Assembly (NCBI GenBank): GCA_964493625.1
Contig: CAZBOU010000002.1
Location: forward strand, 135,410 to 199,409
Direction: 5' to 3'
DNA length: 64,000 nucleotides
Source of the DNA: an uncultured Caldisericota bacterium
Lineage (GTDB): Bacteria; Caldisericota; Caldisericia; UBA6126
Part shown: positions 1 through 9,563 of the stretch, piece after piece
Numbering within the stretch: position 1 is the stretch's first letter
Layout of the letters: every line of letters starts with the position of its first letter
Notes under the pieces: generated by a model
Database searches by the model: none
Seen by the model: only the letters and a program-made list of their open reading frames with translations
What the model was told of the DNA's origin: nothing
Translations under genes and position numbers: made by a program

Positions 1-2550
1 ATCAACATACGATATGTTGACTGGAAGGCCAATACGAAAATACTCTTTTTCCACATTTGCATCCATACTCCAATCCGGTTCAGTGAAAAGAAAAATAGGT
101 TTTTCATGAGGGTTTTTTAAGGGGTCTGACATAAAACCTTTAACTGTATGTCTAAGAACATATTCCCCTTTTTTGCTTGGAATGGGGATGTGAAAATGAT
201 GCAAAGAATACCCTTGCAGTTGGAATTGTTTTTTTATAGTTGTATCCGTAAACACCGTAATGCCCGTTTCATCTAGTACAGTAATGGAGGACTCAATAAA
301 CTCGACCACTTCATAACCATTGTTGGATAGAGAGTAGAAGTACGGTAACGTTTCTCCTGGATATACATTTTGGATGCGCGTAAAGGGATACTGCAATGAA
401 ATATTATGGGGAGGGGTTACAAGTAACAGAAATCGAAGTTCTTTGCCCGTCTCATCAGAACAACGAATTCCTACCATATACGGAAGAGTTCTTTCAATCA
501 GTACTTTTGTCTTCTCTCTAACCGTTTCCGAAAAAATAATATTTTTGGGGTCATTGTATTCAAATACATGAATCTTAGTACAGTGGTCAATCTCAATTTC
601 TAAAGGACTCTTATCGTCTAAAAAAACAGTTGGAACCAATGCGCCGTTATCCTTTGCAATGAATGATTTAATGCGCGCTTCCATAGCAGGCCTTGGACCT
701 TCTTGAGATACGGATTGATGAAGAATTTCTAGCGTAGGGTCTCCTAACAAAGTAAAACCTGCAAAGCTGTGAAGAGAAAAATCATATACGTAGTTTTCTT
801 CTATGTACCGGGTTAATGTTTTGTTACAGAGTTCACCTAGAGAATCTGAAGAGGCAATGTTTGCAAAAAAATGAGAGCACATTGCATCCATTTGTTGTGG
901 GTTTGAATACACTACTTCACCATTGTTTTTTTTATTGACAGCAAAGCTTGAGTAATTTACACGTGCTCCTCCTACAAAGGCAATGGCCCCCGCTTGTGAA
1001 AAAAGCAATGATTGACCAAAAGAGGTAGGATGACCAAATACAGGATCCGATTCATACTGTATTCCCGAATCTCTTGTGTCAAAGGAACCATTCATGCATG
1101 AATAACTAAATACAATAGGAAGCTTTTCTTCGTTTTCTAAGTGCATACTATCTCGTACGTCGAAGAACCCCGGTTCTAATCGTACTTCACTTCCCGATCC
1201 ATGAGCACAAATATTGGCAAAACCAACCTGACCTTCTTGGAAAAGAGCAGTAGCTTTTTCTTCATTACAGTTTCCTTCGGTAGCATACAGTTTTGACAAT
1301 TGAAACTCTTCCTCAGGAAGAGCATTAATAATGTATTGACTTAGCAATTCTCCTATATAATGATAGTGAAACAAGTCCCCGCCCATGAATGTCATTTTTG
1401 AAAACCATTCAATATCAAGATTCTCTTTCCAACACGCCACTTTTTCAACGTAATGGTCTAGCTCTTCGACAGATCTTACAGGGATTCTCCCCAGGGAACT
1501 TTCAATTAGCAATACTTTGTTACCTCCATTGGGTGACATATAAAAAAAATCAGAGGGAATGATTTCATTGTAAAAATCGTTTGTGAGATCCCACTCCATT
1601 GTTCCAGCAGTAACATATACTGAAGCTGGAACAATGGAGCTGTCGCCTATAATAGTTACAAATTTATGAGGGTCTTGTTCCAGCCTGTATTGTAGAAAAG
1701 ATTGAATCTTCCAGGAGAGTTCCTGGTCCCAGTTTTCCAAAAATCCCCACCTACTTTTATCGATGTTACTTATATCTCGAAATTTTCCAATGTTTCTTGA
1801 TTCCCAATCCTTCTTAGTTTCAAAATTTTTTATTGCAGACAACGGGGTTATGTAGCTGTCAATCCCCCATTGATGGTGTAGGTCTTGCAACCTCCTCGCA
1901 CTTGTAATCCAACTATCAGGACATATGATGATTTCTTTGTTTGTGACCGCTGACATTGCTCGCAATGGTTCATCCGTGTTTGGAACAACTAGAAAGGAGC
2001 ATTCTTTAACATAGAATACTCTGCCAGAACGAATTTGTAACGGGTAAAACAGAATATTGCACGACGGATGAAAGGAAGACCCGGTTATGACAAAGTCTAC
2101 AATATTTCCAGGTAAAACACCTGGTCTGGATCTTCCTGAGCCATCTGTTGCATACATTTTGGGAGATTCCTTTATTTCGTTACTAGATAGAAAGGAACCA
2201 TCGCTATGTAGTAATGGACTCCAGATTAGATTCTCGATATAAATAGTAACATTGTGCGACACTTGTTGGGGAATTGTTGTAAATAAAAGTGTTGGTTGTT
2301 CTGGGATAGTCAACGGAGAATATCCATCAAGATTGAGTTCTATTTTCCCATTGTTGTTATGGTATTGAATATCCATGGGTTGTATAGAAATTGTATACAT
2401 TGTTGTTTTGGACAGAATAGTACGAGAGATGCTACTAGAAGATTCTTCGATGCATTTTGTTGATTTGTAAGAGGATGAGAACAATAATAAAAAAGTTAAA
2501 AAAAAGCTAATCCATTTGTATACCGTACGTTGTAACATCTTATTCTCCAT
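1..2550 (-). CDS. Peptidase C25 (gingipain-like cysteine protease) family protein, exported; 3' end runs off the left window edge
   Basis: Absent from the ORF track because it has no stop inside the window. My reverse-strand translation from ATG 2550 (in-frame ATG also at 2538) stays open to base 1 (850 codons). Signal-like MLQRTVYKWISFFLTFLLLFSSS. C25-type motifs: SLGRIPV, His context ANICAHGSGSEV, Cys context IVFSYSCMNGSFD. Confidence 0.75.
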   Translation of the reverse strand, partial: MENKMLQRTVYKWISFFLTFLLLFSSSYKSTKCIEESSSSISRTILSKTTMYTISIQPMDIQYHNNNGKIELNLDGYSPLTIPEQPTLLFTTIPQQVSHNVTIYIENLIWSPLLHSDGSFLSSNEIKESPKMYATDGSGRSRPGVLPGNIVDFVITGSSFHPSCNILFYPLQIRSGRVFYVKECSFLVVPNTDEPLRAMSAVTNKEIIICPDSWITSARRLQDLHHQWGIDSYITPLSAIKNFETKKDWESRNIGKFRDISNIDKSRWGFLENWDQELSWKIQSFLQYRLEQDPHKFVTIIGDSSIVPASVYVTAGTMEWDLTNDFYNEIIPSDFFYMSPNGGNKVLLIESSLGRIPVRSVEELDHYVEKVACWKENLDIEWFSKMTFMGGDLFHYHYIGELLSQYIINALPEEEFQLSKLYATEGNCNEEKATALFQEGQVGFANICAHGSGSEVRLEPGFFDVRDSMHLENEEKLPIVFSYSCMNGSFDTRDSGIQYESDPVFGHPTSFGQSLLFSQAGAIAFVGGARVNYSSFAVNKKNNGEVVYSNPQQMDAMCSHFFANIASSDSLGELCNKTLTRYIEENYVYDFSLHSFAGFTLLGDPTLEILHQSVSQEGPRPAMEARIKSFIAKDNGALVPTVFLDDKSPLEIEIDHCTKIHVFEYNDPKNIIFSETVREKTKVLIERTLPYMVGIRCSDETGKELRFLLLVTPPHNISLQYPFTRIQNVYPGETLPYFYSLSNNGYEVVEFIESSITVLDETGITVFTDTTIKKQFQLQGYSLHHFHIPIPSKKGEYVLRHTVKGFMSDPLKNPHEKPIFLFTEPDWSMDANVEKEYFRIGLPVNISYVD

Positions 2551-2698
2551 TCTCTGCATTGGGTTTCTCTTATTATATGCAACCATTAAAAATATCGAAA
2601 GCAAAAAAAAGACAAGCCAAAAAATAACAACACCATTCTTGAATAAAACAGGAAAAATATAATGATAGAAAAGAGTTTTTACAATGAATACAAAAAAG

Positions 2699-2728
2699 TT
2701 GTTTTTTTATGTGTAAGTGATGTATAAT
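2699..2728 (+). promoter_or_regulatory. Candidate sigma-70-type promoter of the gcv operon
   Basis: TTGTTT (2699-2704), 18-nt spacer, TATAAT (2723-2728) preceded by TG. GGAGG RBS at 2744-2748, ATG at 2755. Confidence 0.35.
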
Positions 2729-2754
2729 GCATTCAAAACCAATGGAGGAATGTT

Positions 2755-3138
2755 ATGAGTAAAGTACGTGAAAATTTGTTTTACACTGCCACTGATGAAT
2801 GGGTAAAAGTCGAAGATGGCATTGCCACTATAGGATTAACTGATTATGCACAAGAACATCTTGGAGATATTGTTTATGTTGAGCCCTGCGATGAGGACCA
2901 AGACATAAAGAAAGAAGACGTGCTTACGACTGTTGAATCCGTTAAATCTGCTTCAGACATATATTCTCCAGTATCTGGGAAAGTTATCTCTTTTAACTCC
3001 GATGTTGAAGAAGAATCCTCTATTATCAACAAAGAGCCATATGACGGTGGCTGGATATGCAAAATTCAACTTACTTCCGAGGAAGAAATTGATGGATTAA
3101 TGACCGCCGAAGAGTACAATGCATCAAAAGAAGAATAA
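2755..3138 (+). CDS. gcvH: Glycine cleavage system H protein (lipoyl carrier)
   Basis: 127 aa; lipoyl-lysine motif TVESVKSASD; typical GcvH N-terminus YTATDEWVK; directly upstream of gcvPA/PB. Confidence 0.92.
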   Translation: MSKVRENLFYTATDEWVKVEDGIATIGLTDYAQEHLGDIVYVEPCDEDQDIKKEDVLTTVESVKSASDIYSPVSGKVISFNSDVEEESSIINKEPYDGGWICKIQLTSEEEIDGLMTAEEYNASKEE

Positions 3139-3182
3139 TGTGTTGTAAGAAATTTATATAGCTATAAGATATCGAGGTAATC

Positions 3183-4532
3183 ATGAGATTTATCCCAACG
3201 ACGTCGAAAGAAAAAAAAGAAATGATGGAATCTATAGGAATACAGAGCATAGACGACTTGTTTCAATCCATCCCCACAGATTACATTTTGCAAGAACCTC
3301 CTGGCATTGGTGAGGCTATGTCAGAGCAGGATGTAACCCAATTTTTGTCGGAGTTATCAAAACAGAATGTATCTTTCGATGAAGCCTCCTGTTTCATTGG
3401 GGAGATTGCTTGGCATCACTATGTACCCGCTATTGTGCGAACTACGGCTTCTTTGCCTTCTTTTTATACTGCGTATACACCATATCAACCTGAGTTAAGT
3501 CAAGGAACTCTTCAGGCAATATATGAATTTCAATCCTATATGGTTCATTTGACACAAATGGATGCGTCCAATGCATCCATGTATGACGGGGCATCTGCTG
3601 CTGCTGAAGCTATGATCATGGTGCTAAATGCCAGTCGAAAAAAAACTGCCCTGATTAGCTCCTTACTTCACCCCTACTTAAAAAAAGTCCTCTACACCTA
3701 TGCTTCTCCCCGCCATATAAAAATTGTTGAAGTACCATCTGATGAAGGAAGCATTCATCATCAAAAGCTAACCACATTGTTAGACGATGATGTAGGATGC
3801 TTTATCGTTCAATCTCCTAATACTTTTGGAATTATTGAAGATCTCGAAGAAATTTCTTCTATTCTCAAAGACAAGAAAATACCCTCTATAGCTGTTGTAC
3901 TAGAATCATTTTCTTTAGGTCTTCTGACGCCACCCGGAGCTTTTGATTTCGATGTTGTATGCGGAGAAGCACAGTCCTTTGGTATGTACCCCCAATTTGG
4001 TGGACCAGGCCTTGGATATATGTGTGCATCTTCTAAATATATTCGAAAAATGCCAGGTAGAATTATCGGAAAAACTGTAGACCTTGATGGAAAATCCTGT
4101 TATGTTATGACGCTACGTGCTAGAGAGCAAGATATTCGTAGAAATAAGGCTACGTCTAATATTTGCACTAACAATGCACTGTGTGCACTGCAGGCAACTG
4201 TGTTTTTAGCTACTGTAGGGGAAAAAGGTTTACGAGATTTAGCCAAACGAAATTTCAATCATGCACACTATGCGTTCCAAGAATTAAATGATATAGACGG
4301 CATTACCATCCCCTACAAAAAACCCTTTTTCAATGAATTTCTTGTTCAATTCAACAAGCCAGTTGATATTGTGAGAGATGCATTATTGCAAAGAGACATC
4401 CTGATTTCCAAAAACAGTTTCGATGATTATTTTTCATATCTCAAAAATTCTGTCATTCTTTCCTTTACCGAAATGAACTCTAAGGCTGAAATAGATACTT
4501 TGAGAGATGCATTGAAAGAGGTATTAAAATGA
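3183..4532 (+). CDS. gcvPA: Glycine dehydrogenase (decarboxylating) subunit 1
   Basis: 449 aa; split-type P-protein N-terminal subunit (YTPYQPELSQGTLQAIYEFQ); stop overlaps gcvPB start (ATGA at 4529-4532). Confidence 0.9.
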   Translation: MRFIPTTSKEKKEMMESIGIQSIDDLFQSIPTDYILQEPPGIGEAMSEQDVTQFLSELSKQNVSFDEASCFIGEIAWHHYVPAIVRTTASLPSFYTAYTPYQPELSQGTLQAIYEFQSYMVHLTQMDASNASMYDGASAAAEAMIMVLNASRKKTALISSLLHPYLKKVLYTYASPRHIKIVEVPSDEGSIHHQKLTTLLDDDVGCFIVQSPNTFGIIEDLEEISSILKDKKIPSIAVVLESFSLGLLTPPGAFDFDVVCGEAQSFGMYPQFGGPGLGYMCASSKYIRKMPGRIIGKTVDLDGKSCYVMTLRAREQDIRRNKATSNICTNNALCALQATVFLATVGEKGLRDLAKRNFNHAHYAFQELNDIDGITIPYKKPFFNEFLVQFNKPVDIVRDALLQRDILISKNSFDDYFSYLKNSVILSFTEMNSKAEIDTLRDALKEVLK

Positions 4533-6025
4533 TCAAAAAAGACATAAAATTACTTTACGAGACATCCCACGAAGAAAAGGCTTGTTACAAACTTCCTTAT
4601 ACAGAAATTGTACATGATTATGTGGAAGAATCTTTACCCAAAAAATGGCTTCGTGATGAGCTGTTTCTACCGAATGTTTCAGAAACTGAAGTAGCAAGAC
4701 ATTTTTATAATCTTTCCATGCTAAATTATGGTGTTGAAAACGGTATGTACCCCCTTGGTAGCTGTACGATGAAATACAACCCTAAAATGAACGAACTCAT
4801 TGCCCAATTTGACGGCTTTCAAAAGACCCATCCATTGCAAGCCGATAATACTGTCTCAGGAAATCTTTTTCTTTTGTTCGACCTCGAAGATATGCTTTGT
4901 GAAATCACAGGTATGGATACATTTACGTTGGCACCAGCAGCAGGTGCACACGGCGAATTAGTTGGGATCTTGCTAATTCGGAAATATTTTGAAGACAAAG
5001 GCGAATTGGATACCCGAACCGTCATTTTAATTCCCGAATCAGCACATGGTACAAACCCTGCCTCTGCAGTTGCGGCTGGATTCACTGTTGAGGAAATCAA
5101 ATCAACTGATACGGGCGAAGTCGACTTAGACTCGCTTCGTAGTAAACTCAACGAAAACGTCGCAGGAATTATGCTAACAAATCCCAATACAACGGGTATG
5201 TTTGAGTCCAATATCAAAGAAATTGCAGCTCTTCTACACGAGAATGGTAGCTTATTGTATTATGATGGTGCTAATTTGAATGCAATCCTTGGACTCGCTA
5301 GACCCGGCGATATGGGATTTGACATTGTTCATCTCAATATCCACAAAACTTTTTCTACGCCACATGGTGGTGGTGGCCCTGGTGCCGGACCTGTAGGAGT
5401 TAAGGACCATCTTATTCCTTATCTGCCAGAACCATTGGTTGGCATAGAAGATGACCAAGTAGAAACTACAGATATGGATATTGAAGAGAAGTTGTATCGA
5501 GTAAGCAGAATGGAACAATCTATTGGTCGCATACGTTTAACCGATACAAGCTTTACCGTTTTAGTGAAGGCTTATGCCTATATCCTAACACTCGGAGAAG
5601 AACATATTCACGAAGTCGCAGAAAATGCTGTGCTGAATGCAAACTATATCAAAGCTATGTTAAAACAATATATTCATTCTCCAATATCCGCTCCATGCAT
5701 GCATGAGTGTGTACTGTCAGCATCCAAACTAGAAAATGGAATCACTGCTTTAGATATCTCAAAACGTCTAATGGATTATGGTTTTCACCCTCCTACAAAT
5801 TATTTTCCACTTATTATTCCAGAAGCATTAATGATTGAGCCAACCGAAACAGAAACAAAGGAAGAAATGGACCGGTTTATCGAAGTAATGAAGATCATTG
5901 TAAAGGAATCAAAAGAGAATCCAGAACTTTTGAAAAATGCTCCTGTACATACTCCCATACGTAGAACAGACGATGCAAAAGCCGCGAAGGATCTGAACGT
6001 TGCGTTTCAAAAAAATGTAAATTAG
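4529..6025 (+). CDS. gcvPB: Glycine dehydrogenase (decarboxylating) subunit 2
   Basis: 498 aa; PLP-lysine context VHLNIHKTFSTPHGGGGPGAGP typical of GcvPB. Confidence 0.92.
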   Translation: MIKKDIKLLYETSHEEKACYKLPYTEIVHDYVEESLPKKWLRDELFLPNVSETEVARHFYNLSMLNYGVENGMYPLGSCTMKYNPKMNELIAQFDGFQKTHPLQADNTVSGNLFLLFDLEDMLCEITGMDTFTLAPAAGAHGELVGILLIRKYFEDKGELDTRTVILIPESAHGTNPASAVAAGFTVEEIKSTDTGEVDLDSLRSKLNENVAGIMLTNPNTTGMFESNIKEIAALLHENGSLLYYDGANLNAILGLARPGDMGFDIVHLNIHKTFSTPHGGGGPGAGPVGVKDHLIPYLPEPLVGIEDDQVETTDMDIEEKLYRVSRMEQSIGRIRLTDTSFTVLVKAYAYILTLGEEHIHEVAENAVLNANYIKAMLKQYIHSPISAPCMHECVLSASKLENGITALDISKRLMDYGFHPPTNYFPLIIPEALMIEPTETETKEEMDRFIEVMKIIVKESKENPELLKNAPVHTPIRRTDDAKAAKDLNVAFQKNVN

Positions 6026-6140
6026 AATTTTCGCATCTATTTTTTTCTTATTACTACGTTGGTCGATTTTTATATTGCTTATATATTTTAGCTATAGTTA
6101 CATATTGCATATAGAGAAGTTTGTACAAAGGAGAAAACCA

Positions 6141-8708
6141 ATGAAAAAAATTACATCTATAACTGTTATCCTTTTACTTTTGTTAGCCCTTATCACAACT
6201 AATACAAGCGGACTCGAAAAGAATTATCGTTGGATTAAAATACCTGTTTATGGTGGAGTTATCAGCTCAATATCACAAGGATCTAACAATCAACTCTATT
6301 GTTCAACTATGGGAGACGGTATCTATACCATAGGAACTGATCATTGGGACCCTGTCGAAAATGAGATTCTTCCTGATTATGTCTATTTTGTTTTGGAATG
6401 GGATGATACTGTGTTTTGTGGAACAGATCAATTTCTTTATGTGAAATCACCGTCAGAGGATTGGAAAAAAGTATCCACTCACTTATCGAATGAGAGAATA
6501 CGAGCTAAGCAGATGAGCGTTGCATCTTCTCGAGATAACGACGTATTGCTACTAAGTACAAACCGCGGACTATACAAGTCATTTGATCAAGGAATAACCT
6601 GGATCCTTGATTCCACAATTACAGTTCCCGTGTATACTGTTGCTGTGAATCCTAGCAAACAGAGCCAAATTATTGTATCAGCTGGCAACGGTCACCTTTT
6701 TATGTCAAATGATTATGGTATTGAGTGGATTGAAATAAAGAATGATAAAGTTTACGGCAAAATTATTTCTTTGAGTATCGACAGAGATAATGAGAAAATT
6801 CTTTATGCGGGGACTCCAGAAAAAGGAGTTTATATTTCCAAAGATGGAGGACATACGTGGAAAAGCGAAAGTGAAAATCTATCCAATCTATATGTGTCTT
6901 TTATACAACAAACTGATCAAGGTATTTTTTGCGGTACATATGGTGGATTGCATACATACCATGTAAAAGATTCTCGCTGGGAAAAAATGGGCGACAATCT
7001 TTTGAACGCTAATATTACCACTGGATTGTATTTTGAAAAAAACAAAACTTGGATTGTTGGTACGAATGGTAGCGGTATACATACATTAGACGATACTACT
7101 AAAAAGTGGACACCGTTAAATGAACATATTACGAATCTTCATGTTCGATCTTTTGAGCAAGACTCAAAAGGAGAAACAATTCTGTTAGGAACATGGGGAG
7201 GGGGGGTTTATAGATCTTTTGATAATGGAAAGTCCTGGAAACCATCGAACAAAGGTTTAAAAAATCCTTATATTTTATGCATAGAAAGAATAAACGATGC
7301 AGAATATCTTGTTGGGACTTTCAATGGAGGAATATACAAAAGTAATGATGCTGGACTTTCTTGGGAATCTCTTCAAACATCTAGCATTTTCACCAAATAC
7401 ATTTACTCCTTAAAGTCTCTTCCTACAAATACAGATACAATATACTGTGGTACCAACGGAAATGTTTACAAAACAAATAATGCAGGACGAGATTGGACGA
7501 AGCTTTCTTTGGGATCTTTTGAAAATCCTATAGGAAACATTACAGATATAGCCATTAATCCAGAAAATGAAAATGAGATATTTGTTTCTACAGATGAAAC
7601 CGGTTTGTATTCTTCCAAAAATGCTGGAAAAGAGTGGTATTTTTCTGGCAAAGGAATTGAAAACAGACATATTACTTCTGTTGTATACCATCCCTTGTAT
7701 GCAAACACTTTGTTTTGTACCACCATTGGAAGTGGTGTGTTTTGTTCGGTTGACAATGGAAATTCTTGGGGAGCTTGCAACGAAGGCTTGGGATCTAATA
7801 TTGTCTATTGTTTATCATCGAATGACACCAACAAAGAAGAGTTTTTAGTCGGTACCGAAACGGGCATCTATAGAAGAAAGACTATGGAAGATCCTTGGGA
7901 AGAATTCGGTCATGGACTTCAAGGTCTCCGAGTGCGATCTATTATTAAAAATTTGACTAGTGATTCTTATTTTGTAGGTACAGATCAGAAGGGACTTTTT
8001 AGAAATGTCCACTTTCCTAATGTGCCTATGCCCATGAGTCCTAAAAACAATGAAAGAATCACCACCCTTCGACCCACGTTTTTATGGACAGAAACGACGG
8101 AAGTTACAATCCCTTACACATTTTCTTTGCGTGTTATGGATTCTTCACAAAAAACTATTTATGAGAAAGATCACATATCAGGTGATCAGTTTATTGTTCC
8201 TGCAAATATTTTATCCCGGTATAATACTTATCATTGGACAGTTCGAGCAGAATCCTTTGCCGGTAACACCCAATGGTCAAAACCTTATTCATTTACTGTT
8301 ATTGGGCAAATTGTGTTGCAAATCAACGAACCTCTTATGACGGTTAATGGAAAAATTGTTGAAATCGATCCTGGTCGAAATACCACACCTATTATTCGTG
8401 AAAATAGAACATTTTTGCCCATACGAAGTGTCGTTGAGTCTTTTGGAGGAACCGTTACATGGGAACCAACAGCGCGTTCCATTGTGTTAGATTTTATGGA
8501 GAATACAATTCAGCTACAATTGATGAATCCAATCGCTACCAAAAATGGGGAGAGCATTCAAATTGACCCAGACAACGAAAACGTAACACCTTTTATTCAA
8601 AATGAAAGAACTATGATACCTCTTCGATTTGTGGCAGAAAGCCTCGATATTGACATACAATGGAATGCAACGGAGCGAGAAATTATATTGGAGTATCCTA
8701 GAAGTTAA
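6141..8708 (+). CDS. Exported BNR/Asp-box beta-propeller protein with C-terminal tandem copper-amine-oxidase-N-like domains
   Basis: Eight Asp-box-like motifs (SFDQGITW, SNDYGIEW, SKDGGHTW, SFDNGKSW, SNDAGLSW, TNNAGRDW, SKNAGKEW, SVDNGNSW). C-terminus has two CuAO-N-like halves (MTVNGKIVEIDPGRNTTPIIRENRTFLPIRSVVESFGG; ATKNGESIQIDPDNENVTPFIQNERTMIPLRFVAESL). Start moved to ATG 6141 (AAAGGAG RBS, signal-like MKKITSITVILLLLLALITT); the track start 6075 is a TTG extension. Confidence 0.7.
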   Translation: MKKITSITVILLLLLALITTNTSGLEKNYRWIKIPVYGGVISSISQGSNNQLYCSTMGDGIYTIGTDHWDPVENEILPDYVYFVLEWDDTVFCGTDQFLYVKSPSEDWKKVSTHLSNERIRAKQMSVASSRDNDVLLLSTNRGLYKSFDQGITWILDSTITVPVYTVAVNPSKQSQIIVSAGNGHLFMSNDYGIEWIEIKNDKVYGKIISLSIDRDNEKILYAGTPEKGVYISKDGGHTWKSESENLSNLYVSFIQQTDQGIFCGTYGGLHTYHVKDSRWEKMGDNLLNANITTGLYFEKNKTWIVGTNGSGIHTLDDTTKKWTPLNEHITNLHVRSFEQDSKGETILLGTWGGGVYRSFDNGKSWKPSNKGLKNPYILCIERINDAEYLVGTFNGGIYKSNDAGLSWESLQTSSIFTKYIYSLKSLPTNTDTIYCGTNGNVYKTNNAGRDWTKLSLGSFENPIGNITDIAINPENENEIFVSTDETGLYSSKNAGKEWYFSGKGIENRHITSVVYHPLYANTLFCTTIGSGVFCSVDNGNSWGACNEGLGSNIVYCLSSNDTNKEEFLVGTETGIYRRKTMEDPWEEFGHGLQGLRVRSIIKNLTSDSYFVGTDQKGLFRNVHFPNVPMPMSPKNNERITTLRPTFLWTETTEVTIPYTFSLRVMDSSQKTIYEKDHISGDQFIVPANILSRYNTYHWTVRAESFAGNTQWSKPYSFTVIGQIVLQINEPLMTVNGKIVEIDPGRNTTPIIRENRTFLPIRSVVESFGGTVTWEPTARSIVLDFMENTIQLQLMNPIATKNGESIQIDPDNENVTPFIQNERTMIPLRFVAESLDIDIQWNATEREIILEYPRS

Positions 8709-9514
8709 TGCCTATGGAAAATAAAAAAACACATGATACATTAAACCAACAGATTGTTCCTTATAGGAAAAAAGGACGATCTGGTAAAGAAGATATTGAA
8801 AAGCGAAATAAACTAGTAACGGATCATTTGTGGATTGTTGAATATGTTTTAAAAAAATATCGCGACGACCACCCTACTGTTCTCGAAGAATTGCGTTCAG
8901 TTGGCAATATTGGTCTTATAAAAGCAGCAGAGCGATATGACGAAAATAGAGAGGCCTCTTTTGTTACGTACGCTACCATTATTGTGAACGGTGAAATTAA
9001 GCATTTTTTACGAGACAACATTGACACTATACGCATTACTCGGAAGCATCTGGAAGTTTATAAAGATGTTATGAGAATCATCGATTTGTATATTGACGAC
9101 TATGGTGTCGCTCCTACAACTAAAGAAGTTGCCGAATTGTCTAAGTATTCTGAAAAACAAATTATAGATGCCATGGTTGCAGCATATGCGAAATTTCCAG
9201 TATCCATTGATGAACCAATCAAAGTAAGTTCTGAGAAAATTTTAATCGGAGACACAATCCCCCAAAAGAGGGACATTGTTGATGAGAAAATTAAGCAAAA
9301 CTCAATTGATAGAGCTCTTATGAAATTACCAGAAAAAGAACAAAAGAGCATTGTTTTACGATATAAGTTTGAGTTAACAAACAAAGAAATTGCAGAGTTA
9401 CTTCATTTAAAACAATACCACGTATCAAAATTAATTAAAAGTGGACTGAAGAAAATGAAAGAAATTATCCATGAAGAATCAGATATTAAAAAACTAAAGG
9501 AGGGTTCTTCTTGA
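8708..9514 (+). CDS. RNA polymerase sigma factor, group 3 (SigB/SigF/SigG-like)
   Basis: 268 aa; region 2 IGLIKAAERYDENREASFVTYATIIVNGEIKHFLRDN; region 4 HTH LTNKEIAELLHLKQYHVSKLIKSGLKKM; start overlaps upstream stop (TAATG at 8706-8710). Confidence 0.8.
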   Translation: MPMENKKTHDTLNQQIVPYRKKGRSGKEDIEKRNKLVTDHLWIVEYVLKKYRDDHPTVLEELRSVGNIGLIKAAERYDENREASFVTYATIIVNGEIKHFLRDNIDTIRITRKHLEVYKDVMRIIDLYIDDYGVAPTTKEVAELSKYSEKQIIDAMVAAYAKFPVSIDEPIKVSSEKILIGDTIPQKRDIVDEKIKQNSIDRALMKLPEKEQKSIVLRYKFELTNKEIAELLHLKQYHVSKLIKSGLKKMKEIIHEESDIKKLKEGSS

Positions 9515-9546
9515 TATGTTTCACGTGAAACATATCAAGAAGAACC
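9503..9546. terminator. Perfect 44-bp palindrome (22-bp arms, no spacer) between convergent sigma-factor and mnmG genes; candidate bidirectional terminator
   Basis: 9503-9524 ggttcttcttgatatgtttcac is the exact reverse complement of 9525-9546 gtgaaacatatcaagaagaacc. It overlaps the sigma-factor stop codon. No clear U-tract on either side. Confidence 0.5.
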
Positions 9547-9563
9547 TCTTTGTCAAAGATTAT

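Noticed and set aside
2551-2754. Glycine riboswitch upstream of gcvH.
   Set aside because: The leader is extremely A/T-rich and lacks GC-rich paired elements or the conserved aptamer core. Only a promoter-like element is seen. By-eye inspection is not definitive.
4819-5217. 132-aa antisense ORF inside gcvPB. Similar shadow ORFs are 2874-3062, 5252-5518, 10634-10873, 17402-17809, 34661-34966, 51064-51438, 55234-55554 and 62516-62812.
   Set aside because: They lie fully inside strongly supported genes on the opposite strand or in another frame, have low-complexity or odd composition, and lack RBS and recognisable motifs. They are typical AT-rich-genome shadow ORFs.
6075-6140. TTG-initiated 22-aa extension of the BNR-propeller ORF.
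   Set aside because: An ATG with an AAAGGAG RBS at 6141 begins a canonical signal peptide, and the extension has no RBS.
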